A stretch of DNA of 64,000 nt from Octopus bimaculoides (GCF_001194135.2 NC_069003.1:28419639-28483638); one strand, 5' to 3'; positions 25,380 through 38,521 are shown, numbered from the stretch's first letter. A program made the numbers and translations. The notes: a model not told the origin generated them from the sequence alone.

Positions 25380-25630
25380 NNNNNNNNNNNNNNNNNNNNN
25401 NNNNNNNNNNNNNNNNNNNNNNNNNNNNNNNNNNNNNNNNNNNNNNNNNNNNNNNNNNNNNNNNNNNNNNNNNNNNNNNNAATGTTTTTCTCCTTGTCTC
25501 CGTATTATTTCTGTTGAAGAGCGTAGCTCGAAACGTCAAAGACTTTCCTTATTCCCGAGCGTCATACTAATATATACTTTTGTTATTTACACCACCTGTC
25601 CTCGTCTGTTGTTATTATTTGTATATTCTC

Positions 25631-25678
<48 letters not shown>

Positions 25679-26017
25679 TGAAGGTTTTTGACTATATGTA
25701 ATCTGTATATTGAATATATAAGTTAAATTACAATACATATTTATTTTTGCTTTGAAGTGTGCTACATGAAAGTCTTCATTAACTTGTTATCAAATGAATA
25801 ACTAGCTATTAATTATTCTGAGCATTAACTGTTGCATATTTATACAATACACACAGTAAGTTTTTACCCAAAGACGTCATTCGTACGAAATTCAGCAGTT
25901 TGTTAAGGTGGAGAAGTTTTCATACATTCTATCAAGCATTTCAATAGACATTTGAATGCCTTGTGAAGAAGAGAGTATTAGATCAGATACTAATCTTCCA
26001 ACATGTTCTGGTCTTAT

Positions 26018-26104
<87 letters not shown>
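26018..26104. repeat. (AG)n microsatellite
   Basis: Directly visible. Confidence 0.98.
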
Positions 26105-26110
<6 letters not shown>

Positions 26111-26263
26111 AGGGTGGGAAGGAAAATTTTCCTAGTAGTTGTTGTTCATTTCTTATGAGTAGCAGACTATTGAACAAAAAGCATTCCGACCGTGACCATT
26201 CAATATCATTTTTAGTAGAATAACTGCGTATCTAGAAGGACACTATCTACGTATTCTTCTATT

Positions 26264-26481
26264 TTGATCCTTCAGCATTTAAACCGGTTGTATCCAGCCA
26301 AGATACTCTACCTGTTTGATGTTCAAACTAACCACACCCAAACTCTCACAACGAACCTACAATGCCATTTTAAAAACAAACAATCATATCTTTGAAATCT
26401 TGAAGCTACAAAATAATGCATTCAAAAGATCAATAAATGAGCATTACATTTGACAAAATAATCTAAATGTTAGAGGGTTAA
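26264..26481. mobile_element. TTAA-flanked (piggyBac-type) MITE, decayed
   Basis: Left ttgatccttcagcattt and right aaatgttagagggTTAA form degenerate TIRs, with TTAA intact on the right. Confidence 0.55.
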
Positions 26482-26829
26482 AGATATTAAGTTGTTGAGG
26501 AATAATTTAGGTGTTAATTCTAAGAGATCGAGCAACGACCTAAGGCTACACATATCATCTGGGATGGAATAGTTGTCCATTATGATGAACGAAGATTATG
26601 TTGGTCAGTAAACGTGAGGAAGTAAATAGTCACACCCGAAAATGGAAAAAATATCGGATATTAACCGAGAATAACTTAGTACAGATAAGAATACAAAGAA
26701 GCGGCTTATGTATAATCTGATAAAACTTAGCTATACAGTCCACATACGCATACAAGCACTGTATATATATGTGTATATATATATATTAATATATATATAT
26801 ATGTGTGTACATATATTCATATACTTGTA

Positions 26830-26896
<67 letters not shown>

Positions 26897-26914
26897 TTTA
26901 ATTTTTTATTCTTT

Positions 26915-27110
26915 ATTCTTTTACTTGTTTCAGTCATTTGACTGCGGCCATGATGGAGTACCACCATTAGTCGAACAAATCGACACCAGGACATATTCTT
27001 CCTAAGCCTAGTACTTATTCTATCGGTCTCTTTTGCCGAACTACTAAGTTACGGGGACGTAAACACACCAACATTGGTTGTCAAGCGATTGTGAGGACAA
27101 ACACAGACAC
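26915..27110 (-). mobile_element. SINE family A 3' half
   Basis: tcttttacttgtttcagtcatttgactgcggccatgatggagtacc...agtacttattctatcggtctcttttgccgaact.ctaagttacggggacgtaaacacacc. Confidence 0.92.
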
Positions 27111-27146
27111 GCAAGTACATACATATATACATACATACATACATAG

Positions 27147-27188
<42 letters not shown>

Positions 27189-27294
27189 TTAGGGAAAATA
27201 ACCAATTTTCAAGAACTCATCGATGAAAATCCACTATCACATATAGATAATCTGTGTGTACATATATTCATAAACTTGTATGTGTGTGTGTGTG

Positions 27295-27325
<31 letters not shown>

Positions 27326-27377
27326 TCTTTTATTTTTTATTCTTTATTCTTTTACTTGTTTCAGTCATTATATAAAC

Positions 27378-27598
27378 AAATATCAGTTTCGTAGTGATGA
27401 TGACGTCACGTCTGCTTTAAATAAGATTTCTGACGAACAGGATGAAAACTTCTTCTCCAATGGGATCGAAGCACCGCAGAACCAATGGGAGAAGGTGTGT
27501 GGACTACAAAGGAGCTTATGTTGAAAACTAAACCTCATTTAGCCACATTTCATGAGAGTATCTTGGTCAGCCAATGAACTTTTCAGCCAAGCCTCATA
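27378..27598 (+). mobile_element. Mariner 3' end with right TIR
   Basis: Frame QFRSDDDVTSA...DEQDENFFSNGIEAPQNQWEK, then gaacttttcagccaagcctca-TA. Confidence 0.85.
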
Positions 27599-28529
27599 TA
27601 TGTATATTAACATTTTCATAGTCATATGTGCTCACACACATGCATACATACATACGTGCATACATACATACATACATACATACATACATACATACATACA
27701 TACATACATACGTACATACATACATATACATATATATNNNNNNNNNNNNNNNNNNNNNNNNNNNNNNNNNNNNNNNNNNNNNNNNNNNNNNNNNNNNNNN
27801 NNNNNNNNNNNNNNNNNNNNNNNNNNNNNNNNNNNNNNNNNNNNNNNNNNNNNNNNNNNNNNNNNNNNNNNNNNNNNNNNNNNNNNNNNNNNNNNNNNNN
27901 NNNNNNNNNNNNNNNNNNNNNNNNNNNNNNNNNNNNNNNNNNNNNNNNNNNNNNNNNNNNNNNNNNNNNNNNNNNNNNNNNNNNNNNNNNNNNNNNNNNN
28001 NNNNNNNNNNNNNNNNNNNNNNNNNNNNNNNNNNNNNNNNNNNNNNNNNNNNNNNNNNNNNNNNNNNNNNNNNNNNNNNNNNNNNNNNNNNNNNNNNNNN
28101 NNNNNNNNNNNNNNNNNNNNNNNNNNNNNNNNNNNNNNNNNNNNNNNNNNNNNNNNNNNNNNNNNNNNNNNNNNNNNNNNNNNNNNNNNATATATATATA
28201 TATATATATAATGTATACATATATATTAAAGTATATGAGTGCTTGTGTGTATATTCAGATGTATGATGGTTTTTTTTTGCTATATTTATAACTACATCTT
28301 GGGTGGATGTAATATTAAGTTCAAACTATAAACTCAAATGTTCAAAGATTCAATTTCCGAGTCAAAACTTTGCCAATGAAATTTCTTTCTTCCAGAAGTC
28401 CTTCCTGTTACCCGAGATGTCTGTCTATATGTTAGCAATGTTGAAAACCAGAGTAAAAGCGCAAGATATTAATTTCTTATTTTTTAACTTCTTGTTTTTT
28501 TATGAGAGATGTGTATCCTATTCTTTTAT

Positions 28530-28690
28530 CTTTTACTTATTTCACTCATTATACTGCGGTCATGCTGGGGCACTGCCTGAAAGCGTTTAGTCTACTCCAG
28601 TAGTTTTAAATCTAATATTTATTCTATCAGATATCTTTGCCGGACCAGTAAGTTACGGGGGACGTAGACAACCAACAACGGTTATCAAGT
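28530..28690 (-). mobile_element. SINE family A 3' half (decayed)
   Basis: ttttacttatttcactcattatactgcggtcatgctggggcactgcc...agtaagttacgggggacgtagacaacc. Confidence 0.75.
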
Positions 28691-29194
28691 AATAATAAAA
28701 TCCGGGAAAAACAAACTCAAAGGCAAAAACTCACATAACAGACATGTGCACACGCACACGTACGCACACACATACATCTTGCAATATAGACATAGTAGTT
28801 AGCTTGACTTTCAGTGCATTTCTTATATTATTATTTTGTCTCTTCGATGCTACTTAGTGGGCAGTTTCCTCAGAGCATTGATAAAAATTCAGCCATTTTC
28901 AGTACTTTTTTCGGTTCAATCCTTCCGGATTTCAAAACCTGAACAAGTCAACTTTGACTTTAAATCTTTCGGGGTAGATAAATACCCATGAATTAATTAC
29001 AGGGAATGTGCAGCATATATTACAAATCATTAAATCCACTGTCGTCTACAACTTTTGATAATTATGAATCACCCAATAAGAACTAGAGATTGAATTTCAA
29101 AGTGGGATGAAAAGCTCTTTATAGTTCCGTCAACTTTTATCAACGAACCTACATGAATTCGTATATTTTGTCAAACACCCTCTTGAGAATTTAA

Positions 29195-31565
29195 TGTTGC
29201 TTAAACTTTGATCGTCACTTTTAGGCAGTTTAATATTTCAAAGTTAAAAAGATTAATGAAAGAATAAGTTAATTAAAGTGATGATAATTAGCATTATTTT
29301 GCTTGTCATGATATGTCTTCAAGAGTCATGTTTTCCATAAGCTGTAACTATGGAATGGAATCGAAGACAAAATCGAAACGATCTTATGAAGATCAACAAA
29401 TGAATGAATTACAATAGAAATACAAACATTTATAAAACATTTAGAGTAGAAAATTGTGAGAAGAATATTTTCCTACGAAAAGTCACTGGAACCAAAACTT
29501 TTTTCGCTTTGTAAATAGTAGTCAGAATTGTTTTGAAATTAGTGCCCTGATTGATTGATGTGGTTTATATGATTGATATGTATCCGAGTATCTACAGACA
29601 AATGTTTTCATTAAAACGTGCTCAGGGATAGATTTTAGGGGAGTTATCTACAGACAAATGTTTTTATTAAAACGTGCTCAAGGATAGAATTTATAAAATT
29701 ATTCTGTCAAAGGCGTCCAAGGTCCCAATTATGACCAATCGATCAGTTAGATTTACTATCCAAATATCACTGTGGTTTGCGCTGAATGCTTCCAACTGAA
29801 TAAACTTCGATCATCACTTTTAGGCAGTTTAACATTTAAAAGTATTTGTGAAAAAAGAAGTTAATTAAAACGATGATTAACAGCCTTACTTTGCTTGTCA
29901 CGATACATATTCAAGAGTTACGTTTTCCGTAAGCTGAAACTATGGAATGAAATCGAACGCAAAATCGAAACGATGTTATGAATATCTACAAATTTATGAA
30001 TTACAACTGAATACGAATATTTGTGAAACTTGGAATTAACACGAGTCCTTTTGTACAAAATATTAATACGTGATAACGTTGTTGTTTTTCTTGCTGCAAT
30101 AAGTAAATTCATTAAATAAATTGCATAGATTGTTACGTAATTGTTATGTGACGTCATAATTTACTTAGACAAAGATACTGGGAGCCGCGATGGAGAGCTG
30201 CTGATTTAGATACTACCCTTTACGTTCTGAATTTAAATCTCGTTGTTTATCTTTCATCTGTTCGATGAAATAAAGTGCCATTAGTTACGTACTGGAGTCG
30301 ATTTAATATTTCTATAAAGCATTGTAAATGACAATGGAATTACAAGAAAAGAAGATATCAAAAAATGTAAGAGGAATTGCCTGTTAGTCAAGAGATAAAA
30401 TGAAGTTCAGAAGTTTAATGGTTAAAAAGCTTCATGTAAATAGAAGTGACATGAATTATTAAATAATTCTGTCTCTCTATATATTTCCTCTCTTACTCTT
30501 TCTCTTTTATATTTTGGTGGAGTATAAAATATGTATTTTCTTTTGAATTATTTTAAATGTGATAAGGCTTATATAATATCTTACTTGGAATAACTGAGAG
30601 AAAATATAAACGAGATTTTAATATTGCAATACAAAAACATGTAATATTAAATAAAACTCATTTAATTATGATATATGTGTTGCATTTTTAATACATTTGA
30701 ATTGCGGAAACGAAGTAGAAATATTCTGAATGAGATCTGGTATCAAAGAAATCTGTCACATGAAATAGTGGTTTAATAATAGAATGAAAGCTGAATTAGC
30801 AAGAAGAGGTTGGTACTGGCATGTGATGGATCCTAACGTTCGACAAATCATCGTGGAGTTTGTAAATACGTATTAGTTGTCATACGTTTAAGAAACACTT
30901 TTGGAGACTGTATGATGCATATGCTTATTTATGGTCCCAAATAAAGCAACAAAAAAGTAATGATTGCCAATCAAGAATAATCATACAATAACGTATATTA
31001 AAAGAGATATCTGCGCAGTAATTCCTTCAAACTCAGAATTAACCATCAATCAAATAAGAACGTCTGATATATTCCTTTATCTTTCACAGCAAATAATTGT
31101 AAGAAGAATATGTGCTCAAGAGTTATACTTACTTATGCTGAAACTATGGAATGACATCGAAGACAAATCGAAACGATGCTATGAAGATCTATAGATTAAT
31201 GAATTATAATAGAGATGCATACATTTATGAAACATTTAGAGTAGATAATTGTGGAAAGAATATTTTCGTATGAAAAGTCACTGGAACCTAAAGATTTTTT
31301 TCGTTTTGTAAATGGTAGCCAATATTTATCTTAGAACTAGTGTCTTGACTGATTGATATGATTTATCTGATAGATATCTACTGGCCAATGTCTTCATTAA
31401 AACATACTCAAGGACAGAATTTAGAAGGGCTAGTCAAAACATTTATAACTTTAACCCTTGTAAAGGTACCCAGGTACTGGCGACGTGAAACCAAGTGATC
31501 AGTTAGGTTTCCTATCCAAATGTCACAGTCGTTTGCGATGAATGTATCCAACTGAGTAAACCCCG
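29195..31565 (+). repeat. Three diverged copies of a ~0.6-kb unit (29195-29800, 29800-30010, ~31100-31565), possibly CR1/L2-like LINE 3' remnants
   Basis: Shared anchors: ttcaagagt.a, ctg.aactatggaatg, aatcgaaacgat, acatttagagtaga, aaaagtcactggaacc, ctatccaaat, ccaactga.taaac. Decayed frame RKLKL..E..RRQNRNDLMKI resembles the CR1 RT C-terminus. Confidence 0.75.
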
Positions 31566-31769
31566 AAAATTAGAGACATTTGAAAATTAAATGGGACTAA
31601 ACTATTTCCACAAAGCATATTCGGTTCCATGTGCGTTTTATTCTCCCGCTTAATGTCCTTGCAACATAGTAAATATAACGAACAATGCTGACATATACAT
31701 ACATGCATATATATATATATATATATATGATTGACCGTTGACTGAACACTATTCAATTTTTTTTCTCCG

Positions 31770-31917
31770 TGTTTTTCTCCTTGTCTCCGTATTCTTTCTG
31801 TTGAAGAGCGTAGCTCGAAACGTCAAAGACTTTCCGTATTCCCGAGCGTCATACTAATATATCCTTTTGTTATTTACACCACCTGTCCTCGTCTGTTGTT
31901 ATTATTTGTATATTCTC

Positions 31918-31920
<3 letters not shown>
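31770..31920 (+). mobile_element. PLE-type terminal-repeat element with HHR-like motif
   Basis: Same family as 25181-25379; ends in (TA)n. Confidence 0.7.
31793..31829 (+). ncRNA. Minimal type I hammerhead-like motif with A6U core variant
   Basis: Stem I TCTTT/AAAGA; core CTGTTGAA; stem II GAGC-gta-GCTC; GAAA; palindromic ACGT stem III; GUC site. Confidence 0.55.
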
Positions 31921-31983
<63 letters not shown>

Positions 31984-32779
31984 ATGTGTGTGCGTATGTT
32001 TGTGTTTATGTATGTGTATATACATACGCGCACACACACATACTCAGAAAGTACGCTGTAACGGACATATTCGTTTACAACACGGTAGGGTGTAGCCTAA
32101 AGGTGATTTAACTGGTAAAAGAACGTGTCATTTCATAAAAAGTTTGGGTGCGGTTTAAAGGTGATTTAGTTGCTATTTGTAGAAAGATCTCAGTGGTATA
32201 CACACCATTTTGATAATAAGAAATGAATTTTACAACGTGTCTAAAGACAACGAGCCTTTGATTCCTTAACTAAAATGAAATGTCGTTTCAGTATAGCAGC
32301 TGGGACGAAAAGCGAATTCATACAGAATTTCACTCCTTGACACAGGAATCTGAAAAGCTATCAATGATAGTGCTACGTAGTAAGAGTATACCTAAACTCT
32401 TTACAACTGCATCAAAGAAACAATTATTTTATGAGTATTTAGTCTTTTATTTGATTAATTTCTTCTTAAGGTCCTCTTCTCTTTATCAAGTTTACCGTTA
32501 CATTCTTATTTGATTGATGGTTAATTCTGAGTTTGAAGGAATTACAGTGCAGATGTCTCTTTTAATATACGTTATTGTATGATTATTCTTGATTGGCAAT
32601 CATTACTTTTCTGTTGTTTTATCAAGTTTATCGTTACATTTCTAAGAGAAAATACGGTTTGTTTAAGGCTGGAGTGGTGTTTGATAATAGTGTGCGAATT
32701 TTATGAGTGCTGATTTGGAGCTAACGACAACAGCGAAACGAACAAGACTCAGTGGCTAATATGTTCGACTTCCTGGGAA

Positions 32780-32988
32780 TAATGATTTCAAATTTTGACA
32801 CAAGGCCAGCAAGTGCAGGGGAGGGGATTATGTCGATAACATCGATCCCAGCGTTCAACTGGTATTTATTTTATTGACTCCAAAAGGATGAAAGGCAATG
32901 TCGACCTCTGCGGAATTTGAACTCAGAGCATGAAATGCCGCTAAATATTTTACCATGCGTGCTAACGATTCAGTCAGCTCACCGCCTT
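32780..32988 (-). mobile_element. SINE family B, near full length
   Basis: tcaaattttgacacaaggccagcaa...tcgatcccagcgttcaactggta...ggatgaaaggcaatgtcgacctctgcggaatttgaactcagag...gctaacgattcagtcagctcaccgcctt; B-box GAGTTCAAATTC on the minus strand. Confidence 0.88.
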
Positions 32989-33707
32989 TGATCTCCTAGG
33001 AATAATAAATAAAACGTCTTTTAAATCAAAATCTTTTGTCTTGAATAAAGGTACATAACACAAAGTAGTCCCTGATATGTAAAACGATTTGATGGTCGTG
33101 GTTACATCTTAGGTCTACTCGATCCAAGCTGATCTGAAGTTAAACGATATGTCTTACGTTTGTAAGTTCAAAACTGAACCGAAGTAAAATTGCGTTTATT
33201 TCATTCGTGCAATGTCACTAAAATATGATCTAGTAAACAATTCTAATATTACTGTTTCTTTAAAACTTGTATTCTGGTTTAGTTAAATATATTTAACAGT
33301 CAATGTTTCACACGTTATTGTTTTTGTTAATGCCATCATTGTTAAAAGTAGTTTTATAAACAAAGAATATTATATTTCTAGCCGTAAAAATTGTCTTGTG
33401 ACGATTGGAATTTACTTTGTAGCAAATATCAGCATAAAACCTCTTCATTTTGAGAGCTAATACTGAATAGCTTTCTTCTATTTGCTGTTCGCTTCTCTTT
33501 AGTGAAATGACTATTTTCCCAGGACTCTAACGTTTATAAGGTTCAAGTGTAAGACTCCCAACAACTTAAATGCAGAATTGCAAAACAACACACATACACA
33601 CACACACATACATTTAAATGTGTATATGTATATAATGAGTTTATATATATATGTATGTATGTATGTNNNNNNNNNNNNNNNNNNNNNNNNNNNNNNNNNN
33701 NNNNNNN

Positions 33708-33758
33708 CTCAAAGTAGGTATGATTTACTGATCACTTCCGAATGAAGAAACATGTTTA

Positions 33759-33794
<36 letters not shown>

Positions 33795-33925
33795 CGTACG
33801 TACGTACATACATACATAGATACACATACATACATACATACATACATACATACATACATACATACATACATACATAAACATGTTTCTTCATTCGAAAGTG
33901 ATCAGTAAATCATACCTACTTTGAG
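33708..33925. repeat. Long inverted repeat with microsatellite centre
   Basis: About 50 bp of unique arm (ctcaaagtaggtatg...aaacatgttta) with one mismatch, then (TATG)n/(CATA)n around tacgtacgta. Confidence 0.9.
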
Positions 33926-34167
33926 TTTCACGCCATTAGGTCTACATTTAAAGAACATAGATAAATGCATAGACGTTTATTTAACTAATTGGATAAAGAA
34001 TGTTTTGGACATGTTAAACAGAATATTGACATGTTAAACAAGCTGATGAAATATTCCGTTGCGACTGGGAGTTCTAAGTTTGATGCAATTTTTCAGGAGC
34101 TAGAGTAGAAATACATGAAAGCTGTCAAAGCCCCAATACTTAACTAACCACCAACACTTAACTAATG

Positions 34168-34518
34168 ATACTACCCAGGTATTTACACCCTTCACTAGAT
34201 TCGGATCATTTAGCTTTGACTTCGCTAGCTTCTTCACCTTCTGATGTACTCCTCAATTTTTGTTTTCATTCCTGTAGTTAGTACCCTGTCAGATTCTAAT
34301 ACTTCTAGATATTTATAACTCACACCTCCTTTCAATGATTTTAATGCCTGGCCATCTGGTTATTAGATGCCTTCGCTGTTGACTACCTGTCCCCTTTTCA
34401 TGACTAAGATTTCACACTTATTAATGCCAAATTCCATGCCTATATCTTTGCTGAAGAGTCTTACAGTCTGTGTTAAGGAATCTATCTCTATTTCATTCTT
34501 ACTACATCCATGTAGAGC
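34168..34518 (-). mobile_element. R4/Dong-clade reverse transcriptase fragment
   Basis: LYMD...KNEIEIDSLTQTVRLFSKDIGMEFGINKCEILVMKRG...VSYKYLEVLESD...KGVNTWVV covers the YMDD motif and the downstream RT/thumb motifs. Confidence 0.85.
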
Positions 34519-34934
34519 TTGGTCTAATTTGGTCTATTAAAGATAAAATTAAGGAATATACTCTAACCTGGGAAATAATTAACCGGGAAAAACCATACTG
34601 AAGAGGGAGTAAACGATGCGAATTGTGTGTCGAAGAAATCTACATCTAAACTTCAATTAATTAACCACAGGCATGAAACAGTAATGAGGTGTGTTCATCA
34701 TGCTAAACATATGTATAATAGGTACAAATAATTGCATAATGATTAATATTAAATAAAACTAGAGTACAGGATTAGTTAGTAATGTAAGCTAAAGCATAAT
34801 TTAATATAGCTGATAATAAATTTACTATAGAGTAAAAATATGCTAACCAATTAATTGGATATCCGTAAAATTAAATTAGATTATATGGACAGTAATTGAG
34901 AAACACCTACTTGTATTAATAATAATGATAAAGA

Positions 34935-35080
34935 TATTAATAAAGATGTCACTCGAAACGTGACATCCTCTTTCTTTTCTTTCCTTTCCTGAGCGTTCAA
35001 CAACACTGTACTTATTCCACGTCCTCGCGTTGTTATTTTTTCGTGTTTTCTCTTGCTTGTTCATGTTTGGATTGACTATA
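34935..35080 (+). mobile_element. PLE-type terminal repeat, related subfamily (also 61080-61175)
   Basis: ctcgaaacgt...ttcctgagcgt...ccacgtcctcgcgttgtt shares anchors with the 31770 family. Confidence 0.6.
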
Positions 35081-35094
35081 TTTATATATATATA

Positions 35095-35315
35095 TATGTA
35101 TGTATGTGTGTGTTTGTATTCAGTGTTTATCCCACCACCATCGCTTGACAACCGATGTTGGTCTGTTTACGTTCCCGTAACTTAGCAGTTCGGCAAAATA
35201 TACCGGTAGAATAAGTACTAGGCTTACAATGAATAAGTTGTAGGGTCGATTTGATTGACTTAAAGCAGTGCTATAGCATGGTCGCAGTCATATGACTGAA
35301 ACAAGTAAAAGAAAA
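35095..35315 (+). mobile_element. SINE family A 3' half
   Basis: catcgcttgacaaccgatgttgg...cgtaacttagcagttcggcaaaa...agaataagtactaggctt...gactgaaacaagtaaaagaaaag. Confidence 0.9.
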
Positions 35316-35561
35316 GCAAATAAAGCAAAAATTTTTTTGATTGGAATTACTTTCCATTTCGAAAAAATCAAAATAGTCGTCAAAAAGCCCTGAGGAAGCT
35401 CTTGATGGATTGTAGCATCACAATGCACTAAATGATGCGTTAGATGCGCCTTGATAGCGGCAGAAACGTTACGTACGAGAAAATGGAAGAACTTAAATGA
35501 CTGCATAAAAAAAAACAAAAAACTGGATATTCTCTATTCTCTGCTTTGCTTAAACTGATTC

Positions 35562-35612
<51 letters not shown>

Positions 35613-35829
35613 GAATTTGTTATCATGAAGTACCATCTTTTATCTGAAACATCTTGTATAAGTCTGTCTACCTCCTTTCGTTGTAAACTTTAGATAAAAA
35701 TTTTGACTTGCATGCCAGAAAATACGATAGTTAACACTGACGTTAAGCACTTGACTTCGAAAAATCAACATTTGCATAATTACTGTCTGTGTCTAGGATT
35801 CCAAGGCGATTCTAACATAAAGTGAGGCT

Positions 35830-36175
35830 GTTGTTGTTTAGCCATTTCGGTACTGATTTATTAATTCTACGATCAAATGTTGACCTATCCTCCAAGCCAG
35901 TGAGATGGTTTCATTCGAAAGTTACAACAATGCAAAGAAGCATATTGTGACAAGCGGTATATAACGATAGTCTGGTCGATACAGTGATACAGTGATGATC
36001 AAACGTGTTCCATTTTTGACATCCAGTCTTTGGAGTACTAAATGAATATAATAACAAAAAATTGCGTTTGAGCGTTTTTATTGTTTGTTTCTTGAGCCGA
36101 TGGTACGTAATTTGAGGGAGATTTGGCTGTTATTTCGAGCCGATCGAACGACTGCAGAAGGTTTCCTTGATGGCT
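35830..36175 (+). repeat. Dispersed repeat family D (unclassified, old)
   Basis: ttgttgtttagcc...ctacgatcaaa and gagggagatttggctgttatttc...gaaggtttcc blocks; decayed relatives near 1780-2030, 12550-12760, 14860, 32090, 36340, 39840-40010 and 58900. Confidence 0.5.
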
Positions 36176-37278
36176 CAGAAATTAGATATGTTGTTCGATA
36201 AAAAACAATCTTTATATTGATTCAAATAACATTGGAAAGAATTAAAATAAATGAAACAACAAAAAGCAAACCCGATGAATTTACTCCATCTATTTAATCC
36301 ATCTATTTAATCCTTCCTCATTAAAGATGACAGGGTGCAGCTTGAGTGAAATTCAACAGCTATTTATAGCTGATCGAGCCACCTCTTAGAGACTGCTCTC
36401 TGTCTGAAAATATCAACACATGAGGTGTTACGTCTAACATGTTTTATAACACTTCTTATCCTGTTATCGTTATCTAAACATATACAAATATATACACCAG
36501 CGTTTCCTAATGGCATTTCCATTAGGAACACGGGGTAAAGAGATTTTTAACCATGCACTTGTCTTAATTCTAAAGAAAACATGAAATTTTATTCACACAA
36601 CACAACTCAATGACCTTATGAATTCTTTTTAACAACTTCGCCTTTTTACTTCTTGCAACAATTCACAAATATCAGCTTCCTCTCTCCTCAAAACCGAAAA
36701 TATTAAGGAAATGTCCTGCCATAAACTCATTTGACAGCGACCCTACCATCCCTATCAACCAAATGTGTTGAAACGATCTTCCATTACATAGATTATAGTA
36801 TATTTTCCTCAATATTTTCTGCAAAACCACAATGAGCCTTTGTATTACTCAACGCCTACGCAATACGTATCGTATTTTCCTTTTTAAAGTTTTAGCTATA
36901 TTTAAACGATAAATAACTCAAAATTCATAAATCTTTAAACATTGTACACGTCTGTGTTAATCAACAAATATTTTACTCCCTACTTCTATCACGATCCTTA
37001 CAATTCAAGTTGACCGATGATGAGCGTTTGTGAAACCTCACACGCACACATATGTATACATGTGGTGTATGTAAGTACAAACATGGAGGTCAAAACAGTG
37101 CTACATTGTAAGGAGTGTTATTATTATAACAGCTTTCAGTTCGCATCTAGTTATTCGAATTTTACGCTATTGATCATTAGACTGAAATAAATGCCACGGT
37201 CATCAGACTAAGAGTTCGTAATACGAAATTCGAGTAATTAGACATCTAGGCATGAAGTACCACCAGCTTTTATCATCT

Positions 37279-37452
<174 letters not shown>

Positions 37453-37461
37453 ATGTTAAAT

Positions 37462-37721
37462 CAGTGGTTCTCGACCACTTTTCACTTATGAATCCCTTCG
37501 ATTCTTATTTTACTCCGGTGGACCATTACAGCCGTTTGCTATTTAAAAAGTCCTGTTATAATTTTATAATTAATTATTATTAAAAATTATCAAAATAGTT
37601 TGTGTGTTGTAGAAGTATAACCAATTTATTGCTGATAACATTCATCAATAAAATCTTATATGAAACCACAAGGACCATATGGATACCCAAGGGCCATATG
37701 GACCCCAGTTGAGAACCACTG
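37462..37721. mobile_element. hAT (Charlie-type) MITE
   Basis: TIRs cagtggttctc.ac / gttgagaaccactg; 8-bp TSD tgttaaat / tgttacat (7 of 8 match). Confidence 0.9.
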
Positions 37722-38521
37722 TGTTACATAATGTGAAACTAGCTATTCTTGGGAAAGGGATTAGCACGGTTGGAATACATATGATCAGAGTATTCTAATT
37801 GGGTTAAACATTAGCAACTACAAGTAAATTGAGTAAAAATTTGAAACAATACATGACTACTCCACCCACTAGAAATAACAACCAGTACCCCATCAGGTTT
37901 ACACACTACTATTTTTTAAAGGAAGGGAAGGGCAAGGATATTAAATAATGCAGTTTTAGACATTAGGTAAACGGACGGGTGTGCTGTTGATTTGCCTAGT
38001 AAGGGTCAGTGGTAGCTGGAGTTGGTGGAGAGGAGGGAGAAGCCCGCCCGTGGTTCGTTTGTGGAAGTGACCACTTTGTGTCTTGGCGGACCAGGGTGGG
38101 TGGCGGCAATGTCAAGGGCTACCTCGGTTGGCACATAATATAACTACGCCGCTGGTTGTGGTTTTCCTGGAGCTAAACACCAACTGCAACGAAAAAGAAA
38201 AAAACAACGACCACATAGCCATCACAACAGCAATAACAACAACAACAACAACAAACACAATAAGAGTAACGATAGCAACAAAACCTTCAAGTATTATGAC
38301 ATTGTTTAACGATGGTTCATTTTATTCAGATTTGTTATAAAGTTCTCTTTTGTGTAATTGTATGAATGGGTGTGCCAAGTAATAGAATATAGAAGTCACG
38401 GAAAACACAGGAATACCTTAGTTTAGTTCTATAGTAAATAAACGTGTTGCATGTAAATCTGTGTGTATCTTACTATGTGTGTGTGTGTATGTGTGTGCAT
38501 GTGCTGGTGCACAGATGCACA

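Noticed and set aside
25181-25677. Exact tandem duplication of the HHR-like element around a gap, which could be a cis-dimer pLTR
   Set aside because: The copies are identical, each ends in (TA)n, and a ~100-N placeholder separates them. Overlapping contig ends are the simpler explanation until long reads show otherwise.
36501-36532. 10-bp hairpin ttcctaatgg/ccattaggaa
   Set aside because: It is short enough to be expected by chance in AT-rich DNA.
38007-38154. Possible hAT MITE (cagtggtagc / ctacgccgctg)
   Set aside because: The TIRs are imperfect and the putative TSD matches only 5 of 8 positions.
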